From: a candidate division WOR-3 bacterium
Lineage (GTDB): Bacteria; Hydrothermota; 32-111
Length of the DNA: 64,000 nt
Direction of reading: 5' to 3'
Assembly (NCBI GenBank): GCA_037481815.1
Contig: JBBFKX010000002.1
Span: 256,001 to 320,000 of the forward strand
Part shown: positions 20,709 to 30,407 of the stretch, one piece after another
Layout: each line of letters opens with the position of its first letter
Numbering within the stretch: position 1 is the stretch's first letter
Made by a program: the position numbers and the translations under genes
The notes under the pieces: model-generated
The model's input: only the letters and a program-made list of their open reading frames with translations
Told to the model about the DNA's origin: nothing
Databases searched by the model: none

Positions 20709-21824
20709 ATGTTTATGCCAGTTAACGATCAAATTCAACCAGCCAAAATAAAAGTGCTGGGAATCGGAGGTGCAGGAGGAAACGCAGTCAACAGAATGAT
20801 AAACTACAAATTTACAGGCGTCGATTTCATCTCAATAAATACTGATCTTCAAATTTTGAGTTTGTCAAAGGCACCAACAAAAATTCAAATCGGAAGATCA
20901 ATCGCCAAGGGTCTCGGTGGAGGCGGAGATCCAGAAATTGGTAAAAAAGCAGCAGAGGAAAACAAAGATGAAATAAAAAAAGTTCTTGAAGGAAGTGATC
21001 TTGTATTTATTACAGCCGGAATGGGTGGTGCGACGGGAACAGGTGCGAGTCCTGTTGTTGCTGAAATCGCCAAAGAACTTGGAATTCTTACAATTGCAAT
21101 AGTTACAAGACCTTTCCTTTTTGAGGGTAAAAAAAGAAACGAAGCAGCAGATATTGGAATCAGAAAATTGAAAGAGATAGTAGATACCATGATCGTTGTT
21201 CCAAATGAAAAATTAAAAATGATATGTGATAGATCAACACCTTTGAACATGCTATTTGAAAGCGCAGACAATGTCTTATATCAGGCAACAAAAGGAATAT
21301 CCGATATAATCACAAGAGCTGGATACATCAACAGAGATTTCGCAGATGTAAAAAGTATTATGTCTCATAGAGGTGATGCGATAATAGGTGTCGGAAGTGC
21401 AAAAGGGGATGATAAGGGAGCGAGCGCCGCACAGATAGCTCTTGACTGTCCAATTCTTGAAGATGCATCTATAGATAAAGCATCAGCGATTCTTTTATCA
21501 ATTACAGGACCAGAAAGACTCGCATGGGGGGATGTTGAGGATGCCATAGAGATAATCAAGAAAAGAACGAATAATAACGATATCAATCTAACTTGGGGTG
21601 TAATATATGACAACAATATCGAAGATGAAGTTAGAATTACGATCGTCGCAACAGGTATAAATGGAAATACTGATAAAAAACCAGAAAAAGCAGAAGCTTT
21701 GGAACTTTTTTCTGACAACAGAGATGTAAAAGAAAGTTTTGAAGATAAATTTACAGTAAAAAGAAACTATTCAAAAGAAGAGGATATCGAAAAACCTGCA
21801 TTTCTTAGAAGAGCAAGTGATTAA
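20709..21824 (+). CDS. ftsZ: Cell division protein FtsZ
   Basis: GIGGAGGNAVNRM, NTD, GMGGATGTG, PFLFEG, INRDFAD and C-terminal IEKPAFLRR. Confidence 0.97.
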   Translation: MFMPVNDQIQPAKIKVLGIGGAGGNAVNRMINYKFTGVDFISINTDLQILSLSKAPTKIQIGRSIAKGLGGGGDPEIGKKAAEENKDEIKKVLEGSDLVFITAGMGGATGTGASPVVAEIAKELGILTIAIVTRPFLFEGKKRNEAADIGIRKLKEIVDTMIVVPNEKLKMICDRSTPLNMLFESADNVLYQATKGISDIITRAGYINRDFADVKSIMSHRGDAIIGVGSAKGDDKGASAAQIALDCPILEDASIDKASAILLSITGPERLAWGDVEDAIEIIKKRTNNNDINLTWGVIYDNNIEDEVRITIVATGINGNTDKKPEKAEALELFSDNRDVKESFEDKFTVKRNYSKEEDIEKPAFLRRASD

Positions 21825-22897
21825 AACTTTTTACCTCCCCCACGGTGGGAAGGAGAGTCCTTCCCACCTATAAAAGATATAAAATCTTCTTTTATCCTTT
21901 TATTTGAGAAGTGTTTTAAAACAACTCTTTGACAGTTAGTAGAAACTTTATTAAGATTTTCCTTATTATAAAATTCAAAAAATTTTTTTGTGATAACTTC
22001 TGGATCATAGTGATCAAAAACCAATCCGTTGTAACCAGTTTTCACATAATCATCCATTCCGTTTCCCTTCAAAATTAATGGTATAACACCAAAAGACATA
22101 CTTTCCGCTACAACTCTTGAAAATGTTTCTGTTCTCCTGTTAAAAAATAACAGAAAAGAACTTAACGATAAAACATTTTCAATCTCTTCATAACTTTTAA
22201 AAATCACATTTTTAAAATCACAGTTTTTTCGGTATTCATTTCCGAAAAAACTCTCTCTCCTGGTTACGATTACTAATTTAGTATCACTTAAGATACTGTT
22301 GATTTTTTCAAAAACTTCAAAAACTCTATCGTATCCTTTTTCAAATGTTGGATCACCGAAATACAAAAAAATTTTAAAATCCTTTTTACTTTCTCTTATT
22401 CTATCAACGATATTGTACAGAACTTTTCCTTTTCTTAATCCATATCTTTTTTTTAAAAAATTGGAGTTAAAAATCGTTTGGTACGAAAAAGTATAAATAA
22501 ATCTTTTTAATACTCTTATTATTCCGTTTTCATACATATCTCGTTCCAAAATGATCCACCTGAAATTACGATATTTTATCTTGTACAGAAAAACTAAAAT
22601 GTGTGATTTAAAAGTATTTGAAACGATCATCTCTGAATTCATATCGATCATTTTCAACACACACGTTATTTCCTTTAAGAAGAGAATAAAATTTCTTAAT
22701 TCTTTTTTTAAAAGAAGTGTCTCCTTTTTTATAGAGATTTCTTCAACTTTAACATTTTTGTGAAAATTCCATATATTCTTATCACCAACTATCACATTAA
22801 TATCAAAATCATCAACAAGAGAATTTATCAACTTTTCGAGAGATATTTCAGCTCCACCTTTATATGGTGAGATATCAACAAATGTAATCCTTTTCAT
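21821..22897 (-). CDS. Glycosyltransferase family 4
   Basis: GGAEISL, EKGYD, and the ETFSRVVAESMSFG EX7E motif. Confidence 0.85.
   Translation of the reverse strand: MKRITFVDISPYKGGAEISLEKLINSLVDDFDINVIVGDKNIWNFHKNVKVEEISIKKETLLLKKELRNFILFLKEITCVLKMIDMNSEMIVSNTFKSHILVFLYKIKYRNFRWIILERDMYENGIIRVLKRFIYTFSYQTIFNSNFLKKRYGLRKGKVLYNIVDRIRESKKDFKIFLYFGDPTFEKGYDRVFEVFEKINSILSDTKLVIVTRRESFFGNEYRKNCDFKNVIFKSYEEIENVLSLSSFLLFFNRRTETFSRVVAESMSFGVIPLILKGNGMDDYVKTGYNGLVFDHYDPEVITKKFFEFYNKENLNKVSTNCQRVVLKHFSNKRIKEDFISFIGGKDSPSHRGGGKKF
21844..21868. terminator. GC-rich perfect hairpin at the convergence of ftsZ and the glycan operon
   Basis: GGTGGGAAGGA-GAG-TCCTTCCCACC forms an 11-bp stem 20 nt after the ftsZ stop. 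There is no canonical U-tract. Confidence 0.5.
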
Positions 22898-24177
22898 AAT
22901 TTTTCTAAAATTTTTTCAACAATAAAATTCGAAGAAGTTTCACCAAAATATTCTACAAAAAAATTTAATTTATTCTCAACATAATCTTTCTCAAAATTTT
23001 TTTCAGACAATCTTCCATACAACTCTATAAAATCATTTTCATCTGAAACTATTTCCGCCATCCCACTTTTTGTTAACCCTAAAAAATCACCTCTGTTAAG
23101 AAAATCGAACAATATTACAGGTTTGCAGAAAAACATAGCTTCGAGTAATGCTGTTGAATAAAAACCTGAAACAATTTTAGATCTTTCTATAAACCTCTTA
23201 ATTTTTCCTTTCCCCCATTTTATAAGTTTATCTTCTGAAAAAATTTTTTTTAAAAAACGAATGTTGTATTCATTTCTTAGATACACTTTAAAGTTTACAT
23301 CCAACCTTTCAAACATTTTTGCAATTTTTTTATATACGTATTCAAATTCTTCTTCAAAGCCTAAAAACTGTTGATCTATCAAAAGGAGATCTATTTCTTC
23401 TTCAGTTTTATCACATTTGATTTCAAAAGTGGGGTTTCCTCCGATTATGATTCTATTTTCGGGAATAAAATTTTTCAAATAAATATATGACGCCTTTCCC
23501 CAGCACACAAAAAAATCAGCATTCAAAGGAGCAAAAGATTCTTTGATCATAGGTAAACTGCTCTCAAAAATTGGTGTAATCCCATGTTGAAAAACAAATG
23601 TTTTTATACCCTCTTTTTTGAAATGCTCAATAAGGACCTTCTTAAATTTTGTTCTGTCCTCATCTACCAATACGAACAAGGGCAAATTTTTTGAAAAATA
23701 TTTTTGAAGCATTTTTTTAAATCTTTCAAGATCATAGTAGTTGTCCTGAATTATATCTTTATAGAGATTTTCAATTTCATGTTCACCATCAAATTTTTTA
23801 ATTGAAATGGGAAATCTTCCCATTCTTGAATAAACCAGGTTCCGTTCATCAGAAAATCCAAAAGGACTGCTTGTGATCCTTACAGTTATATTATTTATCT
23901 TTTTTTCAAAAAACTTGTCAATTATGCCAAATGGAAGGTTTCCAAAACTTAAAAAAAATGGTTCTTTTGGATTTTTAATTTTCAGATTCACGGAAAATAA
24001 ATTTTTTTTCTTCTTCCTATATATAAAATTTTCGGAAAAACTGTCATAAGTTGCCCATAACAAAGAATATCGCAAATTCTTAAATTCGGGATAGAGATTT
24101 ATAAAATGTTCAACCTTTTCAACTGACAGAATATATTTTTTTCTCTGATCTTCTTTAATCGATTTAATATCCATCAT
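22894..24177 (-). CDS. GT-B fold surface-carbohydrate biosynthesis protein (capsule biosynthesis/transferase-like)
   Basis: FVFQHG, ADFFVCWG, GNPTF, STALLEAM..KPVI; SD GAGGA before ATG 24177. Confidence 0.65.
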   Translation of the reverse strand: MMDIKSIKEDQRKKYILSVEKVEHFINLYPEFKNLRYSLLWATYDSFSENFIYRKKKKNLFSVNLKIKNPKEPFFLSFGNLPFGIIDKFFEKKINNITVRITSSPFGFSDERNLVYSRMGRFPISIKKFDGEHEIENLYKDIIQDNYYDLERFKKMLQKYFSKNLPLFVLVDEDRTKFKKVLIEHFKKEGIKTFVFQHGITPIFESSLPMIKESFAPLNADFFVCWGKASYIYLKNFIPENRIIIGGNPTFEIKCDKTEEEIDLLLIDQQFLGFEEEFEYVYKKIAKMFERLDVNFKVYLRNEYNIRFLKKIFSEDKLIKWGKGKIKRFIERSKIVSGFYSTALLEAMFFCKPVILFDFLNRGDFLGLTKSGMAEIVSDENDFIELYGRLSEKNFEKDYVENKLNFFVEYFGETSSNFIVEKILEKL

Positions 24178-25471
24178 ATTCCTCAAATATAATTTTTAAA
24201 ATGACCGGTAAAACAAAATGAAAATTGAACAGGGACGAAAAAACAAATAGAAAAATATAAAAAATTGTGAAAATGTTGATTTTTCTTATAAGTATCAAAA
24301 GTGAAAGCACAAAATATAAAACGAAAACGAAACCGCCAGAGAATAAAAGGTTCAAGAAACTCGTTTCATAAATATTTTTATCAATGTTTTTATCAAGAGC
24401 TTTACTTGAAAGATACAAACCATCTCCAAAAGGTTTCCTCTTTAAATTAACGATATCATTTTTCACTTTTTGTATCCTGTTTTTCAGAGAATATGTTTCA
24501 AAATTCTTTATAAATGGTTCAACATTATGCTTTAAGATCGTTTTGAATCTGCTATCATGCTTATACACTGTTGTATCAATCTTGATAAAAATTAGTAAAA
24601 ATTCATAGAAAATTAAAAAAAATAAAAAAACAATAAAAAAAGTTCTGTATTTCTTTTCAAATAAAAGAAAAACAAAAAACATAAATATTACAATAAACAT
24701 AGATGTTCGAAACGAAAAAATTACTATGAGAAAAAATGAAATCAAAGAAAAAAGGATAGAAAATCTATTTTTATTTTTAAGAAAGACAATAAAGGATAAA
24801 GCAAGAAAACAAGAAAATTCCTCAACTGACGAAAAAGTTGAAAAAGGTCTATAATAGTTACCAAGTTTTAAAGATGTATATTGGTAAAAAGAGACATTCT
24901 TAACATAAAACATATCGGATAAAAAATAAATGTTAAAATATTGTAACAATGCATAAAAAACTGTAAAGGTAAAAAAGTAAACAAAAAGTCTGTTAAACAA
25001 AATAGTAAATTTTTTAAAATTTAAAAAAAAGAAAAAAGGAAAAATATAAAGATTCACAAGAACAAAAAAATCAAAAATATCTATTTTCAAAGGCAAAATT
25101 ATCATATAAATGATCATAAGGGAGTGAATCAATAAAAACAGTTTCAGTTCCTTTGTTAAACCTAAAATTGAAAAAAAGATTTCTTTTAAATAGAACATAA
25201 CATACAGAAAAGGTATAAGAAAAACAAGATTATAAGGATATCCTGATGTGAAAAAATAGAACAACCTTGAAAAGAATCCGTATAACAATAAAAAGACTAA
25301 AAAATAAATATTATTTTTATTTTTTTCATCAAAAAAAACTATAATAAAAAACAATACCAGAGGAAAAACAAAAAATAAATTTTTTTCCTTAACCGCAAGG
25401 AATACATAAAAAGATGTTGCTATAAAAAGCGATCCCAGTTTAAAGATATTTGAATAATCTAACCTTTTCAT
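24164..25471 (-). CDS. O-antigen ligase/polymerase-like (WaaL/Wzy/O-OTase) polytopic membrane protein
   Basis: About 11-12 Phe-rich TMs, YALLQY, RPFSTF, SFRTS, and a periplasmic loop with S.KNR..KPFGDG. Confidence 0.75.
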   Translation of the reverse strand: MKRLDYSNIFKLGSLFIATSFYVFLAVKEKNLFFVFPLVLFFIIVFFDEKNKNNIYFLVFLLLYGFFSRLFYFFTSGYPYNLVFLIPFLYVMFYLKEIFFSILGLTKELKLFLLIHSLMIIYMIILPLKIDIFDFFVLVNLYIFPFFFFLNFKKFTILFNRLFVYFFTFTVFYALLQYFNIYFLSDMFYVKNVSFYQYTSLKLGNYYRPFSTFSSVEEFSCFLALSFIVFLKNKNRFSILFSLISFFLIVIFSFRTSMFIVIFMFFVFLLFEKKYRTFFIVFLFFLIFYEFLLIFIKIDTTVYKHDSRFKTILKHNVEPFIKNFETYSLKNRIQKVKNDIVNLKRKPFGDGLYLSSKALDKNIDKNIYETSFLNLLFSGGFVFVLYFVLSLLILIRKINIFTIFYIFLFVFSSLFNFHFVLPVILKIIFEEYDGY

Positions 25472-26319
25472 CGGTTTAATTTTACCATCTTTTTTAAAAA
25501 TAAAAATATTTTTAAATAAATGTTCACAAAATTTTTTACTTTTTTTCCATAATGCTTTTCAAGGAAATAATCCATTGATTTAAAGGAATAATTTAATGAT
25601 TCTTTTGTAGCTGAAAGGTTATGTTTGTGAAAAGCTTTTAATTTTGACTCATAAAATATTTTAAAACTTTGTTTTTTTAATCTTAAAAAAAGATCCGTCT
25701 CTTCATAGGTTAAAAAAAATCCAGGATCAAATTTCCCAACTTTTTCGAAAGATTCTTTTTTTACAAGCATCAAAGATCCATTAACACCATAAACCTCTTT
25801 TGAACTTTTATAAAAATGGATACCTTCCCATACACCTAAATATCCGTTACTTTTTTTATCGAAGAGAGAAAGGATAAAAGGTAAAAATGAAAAATGGTAG
25901 AAAATAACAAAAGGATCATAAGACTTTTTTTGAATACCCTTTCTAAAACTTACATTTGAATAAATATTGAACCCGACGATCGCGTAATTTTTTTCTCTAT
26001 ATTCATTTATCCGCTGTTCAAGTTTTTTAAAAAATTCTTTTTCAAAAATAATATCATCGTTTGATATAAGGAAATAATCGGTTTCTACAAAAGTTGATGC
26101 GATGTTTATGGATCTGCCATAGCCATAGTTTTCCTTATTTTTAATGTACATTATTGTCAAACCGTTCGGAACAATTTTTTCATTATCACCATTGTCCACC
26201 AATACGAGTTTGATATTATTTTCCTTTAAAATTCTGTAATTATGTAAAAAAAATTGCTCAGCATTTTCTCTTTTAAACAGAACAACTATAAGATTCAGTT
26301 CAAATTTTTTTTCATCCAT
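25468..26319 (-). CDS. Glycosyltransferase family 2 (rhamnosyltransferase-like)
   Basis: LVDNG, NYGYGRSIN, SNDD, GSLML...FDPGFFLTYEETDL. Confidence 0.88.
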   Translation of the reverse strand: MDEKKFELNLIVVLFKRENAEQFFLHNYRILKENNIKLVLVDNGDNEKIVPNGLTIMYIKNKENYGYGRSINIASTFVETDYFLISNDDIIFEKEFFKKLEQRINEYREKNYAIVGFNIYSNVSFRKGIQKKSYDPFVIFYHFSFLPFILSLFDKKSNGYLGVWEGIHFYKSSKEVYGVNGSLMLVKKESFEKVGKFDPGFFLTYEETDLFLRLKKQSFKIFYESKLKAFHKHNLSATKESLNYSFKSMDYFLEKHYGKKVKNFVNIYLKIFLFLKKMVKLNR

Positions 26320-27650
26320 AACACAAAATTTTTACCCTTAAAAATAAAAATAAAACAAATAAAAAAGATTACACCTAACAAAAGAATTAGATTCATTTTT
26401 TCAAATGAGAATATTATCAAAGAAAAAAGCAAAATAGTAGCAAGAGAAAATAGATCCAAAATTTTTGCTTTTAAAATGAAATTTAAAAAAAAGATCCAGA
26501 TAAAAAAATAAACCGTTTTTAATGTTAAAAAGTAATATGAAAATTTAACGATGTCAATTTTTTTTTCAAAAATGTAAAAAATCAAAACACCGGATAAAAT
26601 CAAAAATGAGCCAAAAATTTGAAGATAGTTATAGTATTTCAATTTTTCTATTGAGAGAAGTTTATTAAACATTATATAAAAATATATATCAAAAAAAATC
26701 GTTATGGAAAGTATTAAAAATATGTTAACCGATTCGATATAATTTGTTAAAAACCTTTTTGTAACAATTTTCAAAAAAACGTATGAAACAACAATAAAGA
26801 AAAAAGTCAACACTGAAATTGTAATAAAAAAAACATTTATCCTTTTATAAGAATACTTATCAATATTTTTTACAAAATCGGGTAAAAAATATTGTACTAT
26901 CGAAACAGGTAGCATTTGAGCAAAAGAAAGAAAAAAAACTGCGGTTGAATATATCGCAAAAGTTTCTTTAATCAATATAAAACTTAAAAACAATCTTTCG
27001 AAACTCGAAATTATCTGGTTTAAAAATCCCACTGAATAGATCGAAAATCCTTTTTTTAAGAAAAATAAAAGATTTTCAAAATTAAAAGTTTCAAAACGAA
27101 TACCTTTCGTAAAAATAACCCCAACAGCAAATGAGAACAAAGAATAAACAATAAAACTAACATATGCTCCATTTAAACCAAAAAAATAAGTCAAAACTAT
27201 TGTTGAAAACAAAAGCATGGTCTGTGAAAGAACAAGATTTAATGAATATTTATAAAAATCCCCTGTAGATTTCAAATAATATAACGGGATTTCCTTCGCC
27301 GAATAAAAAAAGAGTGTTAAGAACAAAAAAAGAAAGATCGATTTTTTTAAAAACAAAAAAAAAGGTAACAAGAACAAAGAAACAGTAAAAAAAATCAAAG
27401 AATTTATTGTAAAAATTTTGTTTTTGTAAATTTCCTTTTCTTTATCAGTTACCCTTGGAAGTAGTATCATGAAAGAATTTGTTAAACCAAAATTTAACAG
27501 TAAAAGATAACTTAGGACAATTTTGAACTGGCTGAATTCTCCCATCTGTTGGAGAGAAAGCATTTTTACAAGAAAAAAACCCTGGATGAACGATAAAAAA
27601 ATATTTATATAATTTGAAAAAGTATAAAAAGTGATATTTCTAATCACCAT
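26295..27650 (-). CDS. wzx: Wzx/MATE-like oligosaccharide flippase
   Basis: Many TMs, IRNITFY N-terminus, L....MGEF, NFGL, FERL...AIYSTA; start overlaps the upstream TGA. Confidence 0.75.
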   Translation of the reverse strand: MVIRNITFYTFSNYINIFLSFIQGFFLVKMLSLQQMGEFSQFKIVLSYLLLLNFGLTNSFMILLPRVTDKEKEIYKNKIFTINSLIFFTVSLFLLPFFLFLKKSIFLFLFLTLFFYSAKEIPLYYLKSTGDFYKYSLNLVLSQTMLLFSTIVLTYFFGLNGAYVSFIVYSLFSFAVGVIFTKGIRFETFNFENLLFFLKKGFSIYSVGFLNQIISSFERLFLSFILIKETFAIYSTAVFFLSFAQMLPVSIVQYFLPDFVKNIDKYSYKRINVFFITISVLTFFFIVVSYVFLKIVTKRFLTNYIESVNIFLILSITIFFDIYFYIMFNKLLSIEKLKYYNYLQIFGSFLILSGVLIFYIFEKKIDIVKFSYYFLTLKTVYFFIWIFFLNFILKAKILDLFSLATILLFSLIIFSFEKMNLILLLGVIFFICFIFIFKGKNFVLWMKKNLN

Positions 27651-28504
27651 CAAAGAAGTTCAGCTCCACATTTCTCACAGTTAAACAGGTCTGATCTGTT
27701 AATATGACCACATTTAGGACATACAAGACCTTCAATCGTTTCAATGTTTTCTTCTTTAACATTGACATCAAAATCTTTCTCAAAAACGAGATCATCTTCA
27801 CTTTTATATTTTTTATTGTTCATTTCAAGAGGATTATCTTTAACCATTTTTTCTTCTTTTGGAAGATCTTCACCTAGAGAAAATTTTTCTTCTTTTACTA
27901 TATCAGGTTGAATTATATTATCTATAGCAGATTGTATATTTTCAGACAAGTTTCTGTCAAGTTCTTCCGGCTGAACATTTTCATTTAAATTTTCTCCCGC
28001 AGGTGGAAATTTTACTTCGATTTTACTTTCAGGATATACAAGATTGTTTTCATAAACAATTTTTTCTCTAAACTGTTCCAGAGAAGGTTCATGTGGTGTT
28101 TTTTCTTCAGGTAACATTTTGGTCAACTCTTTTTTATCTTCTTGAAGTTTTCTTAGTTGATTCAATAATTCTTCCCTTTTGTTATCAAATAACTGTTTTT
28201 TTTCTTCAAACTCATTTAAAGTAATCTCTCCGAGGATACTTCTAACGTTTAATTCTTCTATTTCAAGTTCTAAATTGTTTATTTTTTCACTGATTTCTTT
28301 TTCCTTTATATTTATATTCTCTATTTCAGATTTTACAAACTCTGCATTTTTTTTGATCTGCTCAAAAATGTTCCTTAATTTCTCTTCATATTCGTTTTTA
28401 ATTTTCTCATAGATCGCAAGTTTTATCTGTCCTTTCATTCCTTCAAGTTTTTTCATCCTATTTTCAAGTTCCTCTTTCTCTGTGACCAAACTTCTTAAGT
28501 CCAT
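27650..28504 (-). CDS. Coiled-coil (CdvA-like) protein with an acidic linker and a C-terminal zinc ribbon
   Basis: RMKKLE...IYEKIKNEYEEKL...EELNVRSILGEI..EFE, then CPKCG-x9-CEKCG at the C terminus. Confidence 0.7.
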   Translation of the reverse strand: MDLRSLVTEKEELENRMKKLEGMKGQIKLAIYEKIKNEYEEKLRNIFEQIKKNAEFVKSEIENINIKEKEISEKINNLELEIEELNVRSILGEITLNEFEEKKQLFDNKREELLNQLRKLQEDKKELTKMLPEEKTPHEPSLEQFREKIVYENNLVYPESKIEVKFPPAGENLNENVQPEELDRNLSENIQSAIDNIIQPDIVKEEKFSLGEDLPKEEKMVKDNPLEMNNKKYKSEDDLVFEKDFDVNVKEENIETIEGLVCPKCGHINRSDLFNCEKCGAELL

Positions 28505-29439
28505 TCTTCCCCCTTTATTATTTTTATAATAGATTCTTCAACCAACAGAGTTCCATACCTTTGATTGAATCTTCTCAAATCCCTTAAAAGATTATACACT
28601 GTTTCAAAACTCTTTTTCAACACCTTTTCATCCCAATTTTTGAATTTGTTTTTTTCATTTTTTTTTGCTTCAGAGAATTGTTTTAAAAGCATCATAACAA
28701 GTCCATCGTTAGTCAAAAGTTTCCATTCAAGACATTTTCTATATGATATTATCGTTTCTTTTAATTTTTTCTCAGATAGATTGTTAAGAAAATCGAAAAT
28801 ATACGAATCGTAAAATTCAACCTTATCCTGTAACGCTTCTATATCATCTAAAGTTAAAACTTCTCCTTTCATGTATGAAGAGTTGATTATGTTAAAAACA
28901 GAATAAATATTTCCATCTGTAAAATCCAAAAGTTTCTGTGCCATAAGATCTGTTATTTTCATATTTCTTGCTTTTGCAAATTCAACAATTCGCTTTATAT
29001 TTATACTTTTAAGAAATTTAGGATCCATCTCAACAAAAAAATGAAGTGCGTTTTTAAATTTTTGTTCAGAACCTTTTTTTATCTCATATGGGGATAGTTC
29101 CTCTTCATCAATACACAGAATTATAAATATTATATTTTTTTCAAGCCCGGAAGATAGATCATCTATTCTTTCTGCAAAACTTTTGGAAATTTTTAAACCA
29201 TCTTTGAAAATAAAAATTTTTTTTTCAGAAATAAATGGAGGTGTCAGAACCTTATTATAAAAATCTTCTTCGTTGTTTTCATCTATGTAAAACTCAAAGT
29301 AATCAAAATCTTCAGCACCAGGAGAGATATATTTTTCCTTCAATTTTTGTATAACATTTTTTATATCCTCAGAATAGTTTCCCGATATTACAAAAAAGTT
29401 TTTAGTTTCCGACAAAGTTAAAATATCGTTTATTTCCAT
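28495..29439 (-). CDS. holA: DNA polymerase III delta subunit (divergent)
   Basis: FVISGN, AEDFDYFEF, TPPFISEKKIFI, DGNIY, IFDFLNNL, matching the HolA architecture. Confidence 0.65.
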   Translation of the reverse strand: MEINDILTLSETKNFFVISGNYSEDIKNVIQKLKEKYISPGAEDFDYFEFYIDENNEEDFYNKVLTPPFISEKKIFIFKDGLKISKSFAERIDDLSSGLEKNIIFIILCIDEEELSPYEIKKGSEQKFKNALHFFVEMDPKFLKSINIKRIVEFAKARNMKITDLMAQKLLDFTDGNIYSVFNIINSSYMKGEVLTLDDIEALQDKVEFYDSYIFDFLNNLSEKKLKETIISYRKCLEWKLLTNDGLVMMLLKQFSEAKKNEKNKFKNWDEKVLKKSFETVYNLLRDLRRFNQRYGTLLVEESIIKIIKGEEWT

Positions 29440-30407
29440 CAGAATAAATATGAAACTCCAATAGAGTTCGTGTTACCAATTTCAAGTATTGAGAGAGAAT
29501 AATAAATAGAACCATTCAAAATGTTTAAAAATACCCCAAACCCAAGATTTTTTATATCTGAATTTTCAAAAAGGTTTTGGTTGTATCCTATATTGAAGCC
29601 AATAATGTTTGAATATATATATATCAAAGATATCATAAGTTTTTTATCACTAAGATCATAGGATATTTCTGAAAAAATGTTCGAATTTATTTTATGAATA
29701 TCGATAGAATAGGAAATGGATGTAAAGAATCTATCGTTTATCAAGTTTACCGTGTTGGAATCGGTATCCCATACAATTCTCGTTTTTGCAACATCTTTAT
29801 AAACAAATGAAAAAGAAAAAATTCCTGGAATTTTCGTTTTAAAATCGTTAAATGAAAATTTTACAGTTGTTCCAAGATCGATTCCAAATCCCATACCCCT
29901 ATTCATATACAGTTTCTGGTATAATGTTTTTATGTTGCTACCAAAACTGAATTCATAAAACTTTTTTTCTTTTTGACCATTAGTTCTGTAAGAAAAATTT
30001 AAAATTCCAGCAAAACAGTTATCCGAAAAAAATCCTTCGGGAACAAACGAAACAGAATCAGAATATTCCGGATAAACTGGTATATCATTTATATTCTGGT
30101 TTAGAAGTTGAAAACCAAAATTCACTCCTTTTATTTCAGGTAAAAGAAAAGAAAAGTTGTTATAATCGGATATATTGGAAAATAAAAATTTATGTTCATA
30201 AAAAAGTACAAAACTTTTTCTCGGTTGACAAAATAAATTTGAAGAGTTTGAAGGATTAAAGTAAAAGAGTGGTAATCTTGAAAAATTGAAAGTTAAAACA
30301 GCACCTTTACTGCTTTCTCCAATCGGTGTTGGTAAAATCGACAAAAAATCACTGGAAAAGATTTTTAAAGTTAAAGAAATGAATAAAAAAATAAAAAATT
30401 TTTTCAT
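29439..30407 (-). CDS. PorV/PorQ-like outer-membrane beta-barrel
   Basis: Signal peptide, FLSI...G..S.G...FYFNPS PorV-type N-terminus, FSFGSNIK, GFGIDLG and terminal SYLF; lies directly downstream of the C25 gene. Confidence 0.7.
   Translation of the reverse strand: MKKFFIFLFISLTLKIFSSDFLSILPTPIGESSKGAVLTFNFSRLPLFYFNPSNSSNLFCQPRKSFVLFYEHKFLFSNISDYNNFSFLLPEIKGVNFGFQLLNQNINDIPVYPEYSDSVSFVPEGFFSDNCFAGILNFSYRTNGQKEKKFYEFSFGSNIKTLYQKLYMNRGMGFGIDLGTTVKFSFNDFKTKIPGIFSFSFVYKDVAKTRIVWDTDSNTVNLINDRFFTSISYSIDIHKINSNIFSEISYDLSDKKLMISLIYIYSNIIGFNIGYNQNLFENSDIKNLGFGVFLNILNGSIYYSLSILEIGNTNSIGVSYLF

Noticed and set aside
24164..27650. Phase-variable poly-A/T tracts or pseudogenes in the glycan genes
   Set aside because: Runs of 8-9 A/T also occur elsewhere in this AT-rich window (e.g. 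1187-1195), and all ORFs are intact.
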